DNA of 63,934 bases, the filler included, from Barthelona sp. PAP020 (Eukaryota): assembly GCA_040182905.1 (NCBI GenBank). It is 5 parts of 5 records of this genome, joined end to end, with 100 filler letters (N's around TTAATTAATTAA, not from the genome) between each part and the next. Parts side by side here need not be neighbours in the genome. Positions count along the whole stretch, not along the records: positions 1 to 13,344 come from JARQWU010000330.1; 4 more parts are not named here. The stretch is one strand, 5' to 3'. Shown piece by piece: positions 1 through 10,580 of this stretch (positions within the stretch are counted from its first letter, which is position 1; each line of letters opens with the position of its first letter). Below the pieces are notes generated by a model, which was not told the origin of the DNA, did not search any database, and worked only from the letters and a program-made list of their open reading frames with translations. The position numbers and the translations under genes are program-made.

Positions 1-393
1 AATATCATCCACGTTATAAAAATCTCTTTTAAAGGGAAGTTCTAAAGGTTTTACAGTTTCAACAGATGGTAATTGATATGTGGGTTCTAAAGGGTCACTA
101 ATTCTGTTTGTTTTAAAGTATTTTCCTTTTTTTGGATGTGTTCCTTCAATGTCTGACGTATCTAAGGTATTTCTCCTGAACGGCAAATTGATATTGATAG
201 GTTTCGCACCATCTATATCATTTATATCTAATTGATAATTTCTGGTCTCACTTTGATATAATTTCAAGGGTATTGAACCTTCAATATCATTTGAAGAAAA
301 TGTATCTCTTTGATTTGAAATTCGTTTGGGTAATGAATCTTCCTTTCTTAATGTACCCAAGTACATTGTATCGTTACGTGTTGGAAAAACCAT
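1..393 (-). CDS. 5' part of a repeat protein (DI.G / DPL.P.Y motifs), runs off the window; possibly ciliary
   Basis: Manual translation from ATG at 393: MVFPTRNDTMYLG...SNDIEGSIP...INDIDGAKP...TSDIEGTHP...ISDPLEPTYQLP...NVDDI, open to base 1. Confidence 0.7.
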   Translation of the reverse strand, partial: MVFPTRNDTMYLGTLRKEDSLPKRISNQRDTFSSNDIEGSIPLKLYQSETRNYQLDINDIDGAKPININLPFRRNTLDTSDIEGTHPKKGKYFKTNRISDPLEPTYQLPSVETVKPLELPFKRDFYNVDDI

Positions 394-654
394 ATTGTGG
401 AAAATTATTTTAAAAAAAATTCTTTTTTAAAAAAGGCTTTAAACACATAACAAAATGCACATTTAGAACATAAATATAAAAAGAAAATGAAGCAAATCAT
501 AGATTTTACATTAAAAGAAGAAATGAAAGAGAAAAAGATATTTCATCAATGAACAACAGAACATAAATGTAAAAAATGCTTTAATGTGTAATACATATAT
601 TTTAAAAGGACACTGGTGTGGATTAATGGGATTATTACATGCAAGATATTGAGA

Positions 655-1842
655 TCAATCATCGTCACTTTCATCAATTCCATCAATAACAAAGTCATAC
701 ATGTTACCACCATTACGTTGATTAACGTCAACCAAATCCCAACATGTGTCAATAATCATGTTGTATCCCTTTTGATTCATGTGAATACCAGCAGATACCA
801 ATTGTCGAATGAGATATTCTTCAAATCCTTCTTTTAAAAGTGTTAACAGAACAGATTTATCAGATCTAGACGTGCGAAGAAACCTCACTAAAGCAGACAC
901 ATCAATCAATTTCTTGATTGGAAATATTTTGGCTTTACTTCCATCACAACGTCCACAGACAATTTGACTCTTATTGGGAGAAACAGCAAAAGAAAACCAG
1001 GCACGATCACACCCACAATGAATTTTTTGAATTTCCTCATAGCTATCTACATCGTATGAAGTAATATAACCATCACCAGACATAACAAGCAGAATAGACG
1101 GTGTTAGGAAATGAAGAGAGAACACAGGCCCTCCCAAATCAAATGTAAAAAGAAGCAATCCATCATCTGTGTTCCAGAGTTTAACTTTCATTGAAAGATC
1201 CCCAACAGCAACAATTGTTTGAGTTGGATGAAAATCAATGGCACGAACATTTGCACTATGATTGAATCGTTGAACAATGGTAAAACTATCAGCATTAAAA
1301 AGTTTTGCCCAATTATCATCGCTTCCAGATAAAAGATACTTTCCATCAGCTGAGAATTTCAATCTGCAAATCCAAGTTTCATGAACTTCTTTTTCACTGA
1401 CCACATTTGTGTTGTCAACAGATATCTTTCTAACAAGTCCACAATTATCCCCAAAATATATATACTTTGAGCAATTGGAAAAGCAAATACAGGAAATTAC
1501 CCCGTTATTTTCAAAACGTCTAATGGTTGAAAAATCACCCACCCTATAAATAATGATGGACCTGTCATATGAGCATGTCGCCAGAAATTCTCCATTTTCG
1601 GAAAAAGAAATATCATAAATATAACTTGAATGATCCATTAAAGTATGCAACAACTCTTTATTTTTGGCGTTAAATATATAAACTTTATAAAGAAAGCATC
1701 CAATCGCTAAATATTTCCCATCAGGAGAAAAACTACAACTATTCATTTGGTTGGAGAGGACTTCTTCAATTTCTCTACTTTCTTCTTCAATCCTCAAAGA
1801 AATATCTTTAACCATTAAATATGATTGTTCAACTAAATTCAT
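655..1842 (-). CDS. WD40-repeat protein with conserved C-terminal CWDL/NGGNM domain (family member 1)
   Basis: 395 aa ORF; WD40 blades (SFSPDGKYLA, LKFSADGKYLLSGSDD, VKLWN); tail IRQLVSAGI...DTCWDLVDVNQRNGGNMYDF...DDD. Confidence 0.9.
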   Translation of the reverse strand: MNLVEQSYLMVKDISLRIEEESREIEEVLSNQMNSCSFSPDGKYLAIGCFLYKVYIFNAKNKELLHTLMDHSSYIYDISFSENGEFLATCSYDRSIIIYRVGDFSTIRRFENNGVISCICFSNCSKYIYFGDNCGLVRKISVDNTNVVSEKEVHETWICRLKFSADGKYLLSGSDDNWAKLFNADSFTIVQRFNHSANVRAIDFHPTQTIVAVGDLSMKVKLWNTDDGLLLFTFDLGGPVFSLHFLTPSILLVMSGDGYITSYDVDSYEEIQKIHCGCDRAWFSFAVSPNKSQIVCGRCDGSKAKIFPIKKLIDVSALVRFLRTSRSDKSVLLTLLKEGFEEYLIRQLVSAGIHMNQKGYNMIIDTCWDLVDVNQRNGGNMYDFVIDGIDESDDD

Positions 1843-1873
1843 TGGAAATTAAATGAAACAAAGTAAAAGAAAT

Positions 1874-1903
1874 AAAAAAATATCAGTTCTCTGATATTTT
1901 TTT
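1874..1903. promoter_or_regulatory. Perfect 13-bp inverted repeat in the 73-bp divergent intergenic region
   Basis: AAAAAAATATCAG-TTCT-CTGATATTTTTTT between head-to-head WD40 paralogues. Confidence 0.5.
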
Positions 1904-1915
1904 TATATCTCTTTT

Positions 1916-3136
1916 ATGTCTATTGCATTTGATGAAGATCCGATAGAAGAAGCTATTTGTTCAATAATTCCTTTGAAAATCGATGAAAATAGCATGACAG
2001 AAATTGGAGGAGTTCTTTCTAACTGCATGTATGATTCTGAATATTCACCAAATGGTAAATTTTTACTGATTAGTTACGGTTATATAGGCGGTGCATCTAT
2101 AGTTGAAACAAAGACTAAAAGAGTACTACATACTTTTGAGGACCATTCGAAACCAGTTTGTGGTATTTCTATTTCACAAGATGGACATATGTTATCTACT
2201 TGTTCCGGTGACTGTTCTATTATTATATACAATGCAACGGATTTCTCCATTATGAAAAGATTAAGGAACAACAGTGCAGTTAATGGAATTTGCTTTTCCC
2301 ATTGTTGTAACTATATTTACTCTGGTGATAACAATGGAATTATTAAGAAATGGGACATATGTAGTGGTGATGTGGTCTTGGAAAATAACACTAAGGCGAA
2401 GTGGATTTGGAGATTAAAAATTTCCTCATGGTGTAATTATATTTTAGCGGTCGGTTATGAGAGTGATATTTTGCTGGTCAATGGTGAAGATCTGTCTGTT
2501 GTTCACATATTTCCTCAGAAAAAGAAAACATTGATTAGAACTGTTGAATTTCATCCAACCCAAAGAATTTTTGCAACAGGTGGCCAATCGTACAAAGTGA
2601 ACCTATGGGACATGGACACTGGATCACATCTTCAAAAATTTGATTTTGGAGCTAACATATTTGCCCTTCATTTTTTGAATTCAACATGTTTGCTTGTTCT
2701 ATCTGGAAATGGATTTATCACGTTAATAGACCTGAACAGCTATCAAATCATTCAAAAGATCTATTGCGATTGCGATCGTTCATTTTTTTCTTTTGCAATA
2801 TCTCCTGATAAGTCAAAACTAGCATGTGGAAGATGTGCAGGAGACATGCTTAGATTCTATTCACTTACACGCTCTTATGAAGAGTCATCTCAGTCTGAAC
2901 TTGTTGAATTAGCAAAGAATTGTGGTGGTAATGTTTTATCAATTCTTATTAATATGAATATGAATACCAAAATTATTCGCCAGTTGGTAAGTGCAGGCAT
3001 TATAATGAATCAAAATGATTATTTTGCAGTTGTTGATACATGCTGGGATTTGGTCACTATTAATGAATCTTTTGGCGGAAACATGCATCAGTTTTTTGAT
3101 AAATTTAACAATGAAAGTGAAAATGACGACGATTGA
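1916..3136 (+). CDS. WD40-repeat protein, paralogue of 655..1842 (family member 2)
   Basis: 406 aa ORF colinear with its neighbour (FHPTQ, CDR..FSFA.SP.KS...CGRC, DTCWDLV...GGNM, DDD). Confidence 0.9.
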   Translation: MSIAFDEDPIEEAICSIIPLKIDENSMTEIGGVLSNCMYDSEYSPNGKFLLISYGYIGGASIVETKTKRVLHTFEDHSKPVCGISISQDGHMLSTCSGDCSIIIYNATDFSIMKRLRNNSAVNGICFSHCCNYIYSGDNNGIIKKWDICSGDVVLENNTKAKWIWRLKISSWCNYILAVGYESDILLVNGEDLSVVHIFPQKKKTLIRTVEFHPTQRIFATGGQSYKVNLWDMDTGSHLQKFDFGANIFALHFLNSTCLLVLSGNGFITLIDLNSYQIIQKIYCDCDRSFFSFAISPDKSKLACGRCAGDMLRFYSLTRSYEESSQSELVELAKNCGGNVLSILINMNMNTKIIRQLVSAGIIMNQNDYFAVVDTCWDLVTINESFGGNMHQFFDKFNNESENDDD

Positions 3137-3142
3137 TTGAAC

Positions 3143-3956
3143 AAGTGTTCGTAGCAAAGCGGATGGATTTCACACAAAAGACATCTGTTAATAATGGATA
3201 TCAAAATTGAAAGTGAAATGACAACAAAGAATCAAATAATTCAGGGTAATAAGGATACAAGTGTACATAGTAGGTTAACAAGGAATTACAAGGCTTCATC
3301 AAGGAAACCCAGAGAAGAACAATCACAATTTTTTGATAAGAAGGAAAAACCAAAAGTATTTCTTTTTTTTTTAAGAGTGTTCTGAACCATCCACGCAAAA
3401 CGACTCAGTTGCAAGTACCCCCAAGCTCTAATCGAGAACAATAAAGATCTTTATAAACATTTATTATTATTGTCGTGTGAATTTATTGTTGAAATTATTG
3501 TGAAGCGCAGCGGACATTTCACAAGGAGGGAAAAAGAAAAGCATGAAGAAATGCGCCAGAATTTGAATCAAGCAAAATTTCTCGTATTTCAAAATTTATC
3601 AGACAAATAAGAATCTAATGTTACTGGCTAATAAAGAATCTTGAAAGATGACAAAAGAAATTTTCCCAAAATTTTCAACCATTGTCTGAATTTCCTTAAG
3701 TCATTTCAAACAGCCAGGATTCAAATTCANNNNNNNNNNCAATCTTTCAATCAGAACTAAGTCATTTCAAACAGCCAGGATTCAAATTCAAGGCTTTCCC
3801 AACTACTCATTTCAATAACACACCGTATATAAAAGCTTTCGTATACCTTTTCTTGTACCTAACGTGAAATATAAATTAAAGCCTTTAATTTTTCCCTTTC
3901 GTCTAAAGTGAATTATTTTGTCGAGTGAATTGTTATATTTCACAGACTCGATCCTC
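3143..3956. repeat. tRNA-3'-associated repeat, copy at tRNA-Gly (conserved blocks ~3143-3511 and ~3867-3956, ~350 bp unrelated insert between)
   Basis: High visible identity to 26364-26551, 26703-26869 and the reverse complement of 27995-28569. Confidence 0.9.
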
Positions 3957-3983
3957 ATTTCATTGTTCTTTTTACCTAAAATT

Positions 3984-4054
3984 TGCTTCGTCCGGGAATC
4001 GAACCCGGGTCGCAACGATGGCAACGTCGCATTCTACCATTAAACCAACGAAGC
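3984..4054 (-). tRNA. tRNA-Gly(GCC)
   Basis: Revcomp GCTTCGT...CGACG-TTGCCAT-CGTTG...GGTTCGATTCC...ACGAAGCA; full cloverleaf, TTTT downstream. Confidence 0.97.
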
Positions 4055-4140
4055 ATTGAATAATGAAATTATTTAGCGTTTTTGAAATACAAGTTTATAA
4101 TAAATATGTTATTAATATAATCTAAACCAAAAAAATTAAA

Positions 4141-4503
4141 TTTATTAGATATTTATGAGGTATGAGTTGTTCAGTGAACAATGAAACAAGTTAGCTTAAG
4201 GTTTGGGAAAAACTCATGTTGATTCAGATGCTCAATTATTTCCAAGCCAAGAAGCACTGTACGTATGAGTAAATAAAAAAGAATAGTGTTTATTGTGGAA
4301 GTTCATGCTCAATGAACGGAATTTATTGGAGATATAAAGAGGTCATCAAATATCACTTCCGTTATTTGTTGTTTCTTGACCATCTTTGGGTCCAATTTTT
4401 TAAGTTACTTGGGCATCTGAATCCACGTGAGTTTTTCCCAAACCTTAAGCTAACTCGTTTCGTTGTTCACTGAACAACCCATACCCCATAAATATCTAAT
4501 AAA
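4141..4503. mobile_element. MITE-like element, fold-back derivative (two inverted left ends)
   Basis: 4141-4235 is an imperfect ~95 bp inverted repeat of the end ~4410-4503; 4295-4503 is the revcomp of 27126-27336; 4236-4294 matches 27337-27395. Confidence 0.75.
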
Positions 4504-4824
4504 CTGCAAAATTATAAAAATTAAGTAAATAAAAAAAAAAGTAAAAACCAAATTTTCAAGAATAAAAATAAAATCTGCAAAGGGTGGTTTTCCATCCTTT
4601 TTGTTTCATTGCAAAGCTTGTTGTCAATTCTTTTTATTTTCAAAAATTTTTATAGAAGTTTTAAAACAGGAAATTTTTTTGAAAGTGTAATTTATTCTGT
4701 TTGTCAAAAATAATTGTTTTGATTTTTTACCAAAGTTAACAAAATTATTAAAAATAAAAGAATAGATACAATTTGGATGAAAAAAAATAAAATTATACAC
4801 TTTTTTATTTAAAACAAATGACTA

Positions 4825-6666
4825 ATGGATTTTGATAACATTTGCTGTGATTGTTGTTATCCATTTACATCAAACAATCCTCCATATATAAGTATACAAT
4901 GTTCACATCGAAGATGTTTTAAATGTTGTAGAGACAATGATATATGTCATATTTGTCACAATGAAATACATTTTGAAGAATGTTCAATGCTAAATTTTGT
5001 TGATTCTGCAAATTTTTCACTTTCTAAACCTGAAATTTTTGTTTCTTCAGATGATATTGTTATAGAACATAATAATTCTGTTATTCAACAACAACAACGT
5101 TCGAATACTCATAATATAAATAGATCCATTTTTATACCAATTAAATTGAAGCATTTTCCTTCTTTGAATAATTTATTGGCACTTTTACCATTCAATGAAG
5201 ATTTTTTCCACATAAATCATTCTAATATATTAAATGTGTATGGAATTACGATATATGAGGGACAATTGATGAAAATAGTTGATCGACCGAGTCATTTTAG
5301 TTTTTTAGGGAATGACTTGGTGAAGAATGGACGCTATTCAAGATATTGTGATGATAAGACAATAGCGTCACAATTTATTGCGTTTATTGAAACGGTTATA
5401 TATTTAGAGGATCATTTTCCCGAATATCGTTTTATTTATGATCCTGATTGTGTTATGTTTACAACAAAACATCAATTAAAATTAGCATTACGGTATAAAA
5501 AGGGCGGAAAAATTTTTGATGAGGTTCAAAAGAAAAAGGCGGGTAAAAAAAATGCGCACAAGATTATTGAAATGTTTGGCACTTTTTGTGTTAATTGTTT
5601 AAAGGATTTAGAAAGAAGAACACAATTGGACGAATTTTTACAGTATTATCTTTCACGTTATACCGAATATACTGTTGAATCATTGGTTGATATATGTGTA
5701 TATGTTAAAGAAGCTTACATGTCTGTATTTAATGCTGAAAAGTTAACTAAAATTCAAATTCCGGCATCGAGAACTTGGGTTAAAATTGCTGGAGTGGAAG
5801 GAGGAATTACCAATGAAACTTTCATTCATTTACTGAAGAGACATGGTGTTTCTGATCTTCCTGCTTTTTATGGTACTTGTACGAATTGTTTTTTGTTTTG
5901 TGTTGATGATGATGAATTGTTTGCTGAACTTTTTGAAAAATTTGAGAATTTTGTGTTCAATGGTTATCGAGGAAGTCTGGAATTATATGACCCATCAACG
6001 AATTGGGATTATGAGATTCAGCACATTCCTGCGGATGTACAAGCTAGTCGAATTATTTGTGATTGTAGTGTTGGGGATTGTCATGATTTTGAGTTGTTTG
6101 TGCCTGCTTCTAAACATGAAAATACTGAACGTATGGCTTTCTTGCGTTTTTTCAAACAGGGGTATAATAGTTTCAACAATAAGCATGGATTAGTCTTTGA
6201 GCAATTGACAGTTGATTCTTCTTCCATGGAAATTGAGAGTGTTGATTTCATCAGGAATCTGTTGAGATCTTCTCCTGATTCCGAAATAGTTTTTGAACAT
6301 CAAGTTTTACAGGCTGCGCAATTGATGATGAAAGGAGATTCTAAGGATGATAGTTTTACTGCTTGTTGGGATCCAGTCTTTAAATTGCTCTCTGATATTC
6401 GCGATAACCGTAGTAGAGTGAATACTATTGATGAGTCAGGTAAATTCGAGGGTGTTGAAATGATTGATGGCTTGAACGTTTTAAGTTCTTTGAGGCGAAA
6501 ATCGAATGGAAAATTGCCTGGTAAAGTCAAGGAAACTGTGAAAAGTGGCACTGGTGTTTCCAATGTTGGTTTATCAGGCAAAGGAAAGACACAAAGTCAA
6601 AACGTATCTACTTCTTCAAAGAAGAGTAAATCAAAGGGAAAAAAAAAAACCAAAAGAAGAAAATGA
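4825..6666 (+). CDS. RING-finger / degenerate kinase-like / RRM-like multidomain protein
   Basis: 613 aa; N-terminal C..C...C.H..C..C...C..C; INHSNILNVYGI kinase N-lobe-like segment with no HRD/DFG; WVKIAGV...FLFCVDD RRM-like; basic tail. Confidence 0.6.
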   Translation: MDFDNICCDCCYPFTSNNPPYISIQCSHRRCFKCCRDNDICHICHNEIHFEECSMLNFVDSANFSLSKPEIFVSSDDIVIEHNNSVIQQQQRSNTHNINRSIFIPIKLKHFPSLNNLLALLPFNEDFFHINHSNILNVYGITIYEGQLMKIVDRPSHFSFLGNDLVKNGRYSRYCDDKTIASQFIAFIETVIYLEDHFPEYRFIYDPDCVMFTTKHQLKLALRYKKGGKIFDEVQKKKAGKKNAHKIIEMFGTFCVNCLKDLERRTQLDEFLQYYLSRYTEYTVESLVDICVYVKEAYMSVFNAEKLTKIQIPASRTWVKIAGVEGGITNETFIHLLKRHGVSDLPAFYGTCTNCFLFCVDDDELFAELFEKFENFVFNGYRGSLELYDPSTNWDYEIQHIPADVQASRIICDCSVGDCHDFELFVPASKHENTERMAFLRFFKQGYNSFNNKHGLVFEQLTVDSSSMEIESVDFIRNLLRSSPDSEIVFEHQVLQAAQLMMKGDSKDDSFTACWDPVFKLLSDIRDNRSRVNTIDESGKFEGVEMIDGLNVLSSLRRKSNGKLPGKVKETVKSGTGVSNVGLSGKGKTQSQNVSTSSKKSKSKGKKKTKRRK

Positions 6667-6724
6667 TCATAATGTTAGCCTGATGGTTAAATGGAAGTGC
6701 AGGCAAAAAACAAAAATAAAAACA

Positions 6725-8290
6725 TTATTTCTTTACGTAGAACAGAATATAAGCCTGAGAGTTTAATACTGAGTCCAAGTTTACTTGATTGACCATGCTA
6801 TCATTAAACCTGTACCAATTTTCGCCTGATTTAGCATAGCTAATATAATGGCCTCCATGCAAAGAACCCATATGAACAACAACACCATTTAATTGATAAA
6901 TAGTCTCAATTGTTCTTTCTTGTTCATTTAACAAAATGTTTGATGATAAATATTCTGGAAATTGAACATTTGTATTGCTTTTTAGCAGAAAGCGACCATT
7001 ATGCTCAAATCTCTTTAACAAAAGCACTAAAACCCTGGGTAATTCTCCATCTAAACTTAATCGCATTACAGCATCTCTTTTTACATATTTATGATTAAAA
7101 TGGGACTCATAAGCATTTATTTGTTCTTGACTCCAACTTTGGGGATTACGATTATCATCAGGAATAGGGAAGTCAATCCATTTTTGTAATTTTAGCTGTT
7201 CTTCTTTGGTCAAGGAATTGAACTTTTCACCATCACTCATAACCTTTTCACTAACCTTTTTATTTCTAATAATCGTACAAATACGACAATTGTACTGATT
7301 ATCCCCACTTAAAATATCGTCCATGAATAGCTGTTCGAAACATTCATTAAGTGTAACAACTCGATTGCGTTTATAGGTTTGAACAATTGGAACATTCAGA
7401 ATATGCATGTTTTGACTCGAACCGCCTATTTTGTGGCATTTTAAACACTCTATGATATTATTCAACTTAAAATTAAAAAATGTGGAAAAAAAGTCCTTCG
7501 CTGCATCGCCACGACTCTTCTTCATTTCTTCCTCACATCCTTCAATCAATAATCTCAAAAAGCTACCTGTGTCTTGTTGAGAATATCTTCCAAAAAACGA
7601 AGGTTTATACCGCATTACTGCTCTATGAAAGGTTTGGGGTCGTAGGTTCTTTTTTTTATCTCCATTGTGATATGCAATAATCAGGTCATTCAAAGAAGAA
7701 GTTATAGGTCCAGAAATATTGTCTGGAAAACACTCCAAAATTTCAATTGGTAAATTAAGAATACATTGAAGCATTGAGTTCATAAAACATGTATTTCCAA
7801 GATTCATCAATCCTTTTTGACTACGTTTTAATATATGAGTTCTATTTAACGAAATAAACCCTAAATTTGACGGATTTTGTGTGGTGACAATGTTTTTGTT
7901 TTGTTTACTCTCTGTCAATTTTGGAAGATTGATATCTTTGTTTAAGTAAATAGTTTCATCATTTATGTGTTTTTTCGGGTTTTGATTATTTTCATGTTGT
8001 TGCATTTGTCGGTTTGCAATCAACAAGTTCCATTTATCAATAATAGTATTTGAAAAGCTTTGAACACTATCATTGTTCAACTCACCACAAACTGTACATA
8101 AGCATTTACGATCACCTAAATGCAAAAAAGTATGATGTCTATGTTTTTCAAAACACTTTTCACAAACAGAATCTAAACATTTAAAGCAAATGTATTCTGA
8201 TTGTCCATTTTTACAATCGTTACATTGAATAGAAAATCCTTTTCGTAAAAATTTTTTGGATAAATTATTGGGTAAATGTTCACAAGACAT
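6725..8290 (-). CDS. Ubiquitin-specific protease (USP, peptidase C19) with N-terminal zinc finger
   Basis: Cys box GLMNLGNTCFMNSMLQC, QQD, His box VVHMGSLHGGHYISY, WYRFNDS, QAYILFY. Confidence 0.95.
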   Translation of the reverse strand: MSCEHLPNNLSKKFLRKGFSIQCNDCKNGQSEYICFKCLDSVCEKCFEKHRHHTFLHLGDRKCLCTVCGELNNDSVQSFSNTIIDKWNLLIANRQMQQHENNQNPKKHINDETIYLNKDINLPKLTESKQNKNIVTTQNPSNLGFISLNRTHILKRSQKGLMNLGNTCFMNSMLQCILNLPIEILECFPDNISGPITSSLNDLIIAYHNGDKKKNLRPQTFHRAVMRYKPSFFGRYSQQDTGSFLRLLIEGCEEEMKKSRGDAAKDFFSTFFNFKLNNIIECLKCHKIGGSSQNMHILNVPIVQTYKRNRVVTLNECFEQLFMDDILSGDNQYNCRICTIIRNKKVSEKVMSDGEKFNSLTKEEQLKLQKWIDFPIPDDNRNPQSWSQEQINAYESHFNHKYVKRDAVMRLSLDGELPRVLVLLLKRFEHNGRFLLKSNTNVQFPEYLSSNILLNEQERTIETIYQLNGVVVHMGSLHGGHYISYAKSGENWYRFNDSMVNQVNLDSVLNSQAYILFYVKK

Positions 8291-8561
8291 AATTAAATTA
8301 ATTTGAATATGGATTATATATTTAAATGTATTTTTAATGCCTAAAAGACGTTATGATGTTGAAAATTATAATTCTTTTGCAAAAGAATTTCTATAAATTT
8401 TTTTCAATTCCCCAATACTGTCAACATGGAACTTTTTCTAAATTTTTAAACATATTCATATTCTTTAACAAGCTTTTTAAAATCAATTGTTAAAAGTATT
8501 GATGAATTTGCTTTTTGATACCAAAAATTTCGAAAATCAAAAAAAAAAGGGAAATGTATAT

Positions 8562-9251
8562 TTATAAGGATTCTCTGTGTTCATATAAATACAATGCTGC
8601 AGGTAATTTCATATCATTACAATATTTTAAAGAATCTTCATAGGGAACAACCACGCTAGATATGATTTCTCCATGTTCTCTCAATCCTGCTTCAATACCA
8701 TGCATTTGATCTAATTCTTCTTTAGAAACATCTAATTCAGTGTAAAAAATTGCCATTGATTCATCACAACCACCAGGAGAGGGATAAGAGGTATTGGTCA
8801 ACAAATGTAAATGTTTACTGTCCAATTGTAAATTTACTTCCTCTTCTAATTCTTCTAAAGCTTTTGATTTGAAATTTCTTTCACCATCCATTGTTCCTGC
8901 AGGTAATTCAAACAAAAACTTTCCAATTGGAGCACGTGGCTGATATGTTAACAATAAATACCTTTTATTTTCACATCTTAATATGATTAAAACAGTTACA
9001 GAAGAACCTCTCATAAAAACAATACCAGGAATGGACTTTTCTTTGTTTAAAACTTTGTCAAAAACCGTGATATTAGCTTTAAATTTAATAAATCCAATTT
9101 TCCCATGACCAAAATAATCAACAGATTGAAAATGAACCGATTTCAAATTCATTTCATCATTCTTATCAATTTCTTCAAACCACTTTTGAAAATGAGCAGA
9201 ATTAATACATTCTTCAACATCAATACCGTTCTCCGAGGTGTAATCAACCAT
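8562..9251 (-). CDS. Nudix hydrolase, ADP-sugar pyrophosphatase-like
   Basis: ELPAGTMD...ALEELEEE Nudix box, YPSPGGCDE; start taken at ATG 9251. Confidence 0.85.
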   Translation of the reverse strand: MVDYTSENGIDVEECINSAHFQKWFEEIDKNDEMNLKSVHFQSVDYFGHGKIGFIKFKANITVFDKVLNKEKSIPGIVFMRGSSVTVLIILRCENKRYLLLTYQPRAPIGKFLFELPAGTMDGERNFKSKALEELEEEVNLQLDSKHLHLLTNTSYPSPGGCDESMAIFYTELDVSKEELDQMHGIEAGLREHGEIISSVVVPYEDSLKYCNDMKLPAALYLYEHRESL

Positions 9252-9392
9252 TAATTTAATAAAAAATATAAAAAAGTAATTTATTTGTAAAACACTATTG
9301 TTTGTGTTAAAAAACACAACATTTATTTTAATATTTTAATACAAGAAAAACGAAATAAATAAAAATTAATGTAATAAAATAATTTGAATAAA

Positions 9393-9806
9393 CTATTGAG
9401 GTGATATGTCTAATTCAATTGATTTATTAATTTCAATGTTTGCTGGTATTTGACCGTCACTAAACCTGACCAAATAATCAGCGTCAAGAAAATCTTCTTC
9501 GAAATAACCAATATCTGAATTCCATCGTGGTTCGCCTTGTCTTCCAGAATGACAAAGTAATTGAACATCTAGAATTGTGTCCTTTGCTAAATCATTCCAT
9601 GTAGAGGAAGAAGAATCCTTTAGCAAAGAAATTAGTCCTTCAAATAATGGATTCGATGAATAACTGTGAACCAACGCTTTCAAAAAAAAAGATGTGGTAG
9701 ATGGCAAAAAATTACAATCTGGATGCTTACATCGTAAATTAATTTTTGCAATATCATTGTATGATTCGAAGACTGTGATGACTAAAAAAGGAACAAATAT
9801 ATGCAT
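9393..9806 (-). CDS. Hypothetical protein
   Basis: ~137 aa ORF with protein-like composition; start uncertain; no recognised motif. Confidence 0.45.
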   Translation of the reverse strand: MHIFVPFLVITVFESYNDIAKINLRCKHPDCNFLPSTTSFFLKALVHSYSSNPLFEGLISLLKDSSSSTWNDLAKDTILDVQLLCHSGRQGEPRWNSDIGYFEEDFLDADYLVRFSDGQIPANIEINKSIELDISPQ

Positions 9807-10580
9807 TGATATTTTGAAATTCCTGTTCAAATGTTTTTGAAAATGAATTAAACGGTAATAAAAACAATTTGAACAGGATTGGCGTTAGTAATCAATTTGG
9901 AAATCTGATTCGAAAAAAAAAAATTTTTCTATTTCTTTTGATTTTTATCTTTTTGGATTCTTTCCGTATATTTTTACGTAAATAACACATACAAACATAA
10001 GACATCAAATAAATGCTTAGAATTTTCATTCTTTTTTTTTTGATATGTTATATTTTGATATTTTTGGTTATATTATAATAAAAAGCCTAAAATGATTCAT
10101 AGCGAGCAATTTCTTTATTTTGTGTCTTTTTGAGAAATGAAGAATGTGCAAAATTCTTTTAAAAAAATTGTATGAATATAATGGACAGTTTATATTTAAT
10201 ATTACAATAAAATGATGCTATTTAAAAGTGTGGGTTAAAATTGGAGGAGATTAAAAATTGCCCATCTGTTTGATAAGCATTGAATTTTTTTTGTTCTTTT
10301 TGAAGATTGTTGACTTTTTCAAAAAATTGTTTGTTTTTCTTCATTCCATTTTTTGAATCATAAAAAGCTTGACAATTTTGTTCAATTTTGTTATTGTTGA
10401 ATTTTTGTCTTCATTTCAACTTGATTCTGGTAATTTCTTTTTTTTTTTAATTGTTTTTGATTTTTCATCCTTACAATTTTTTTAATATCATTTTGAATAT
10501 GACTGCCTTCAAAAAAAAAAAAAATCCAGAATTTGAACATATTTATTGACAAATTAATAAATTGCTCTAAAAAGAAAAGG

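Noticed and set aside
3194..3385. Small ORF MDIKIESE... also present at 28354-28536
   Set aside because: Explained by DNA-level repeat identity. The ends differ between copies and there is no recognisable domain.
3697..3791. 33-bp direct repeat TAAGTCATTTCAAACAGCCAGGATTCAAATTCA
   Set aside because: Flanks a 10-N gap, so probably a scaffolding overlap; not CRISPR-like.
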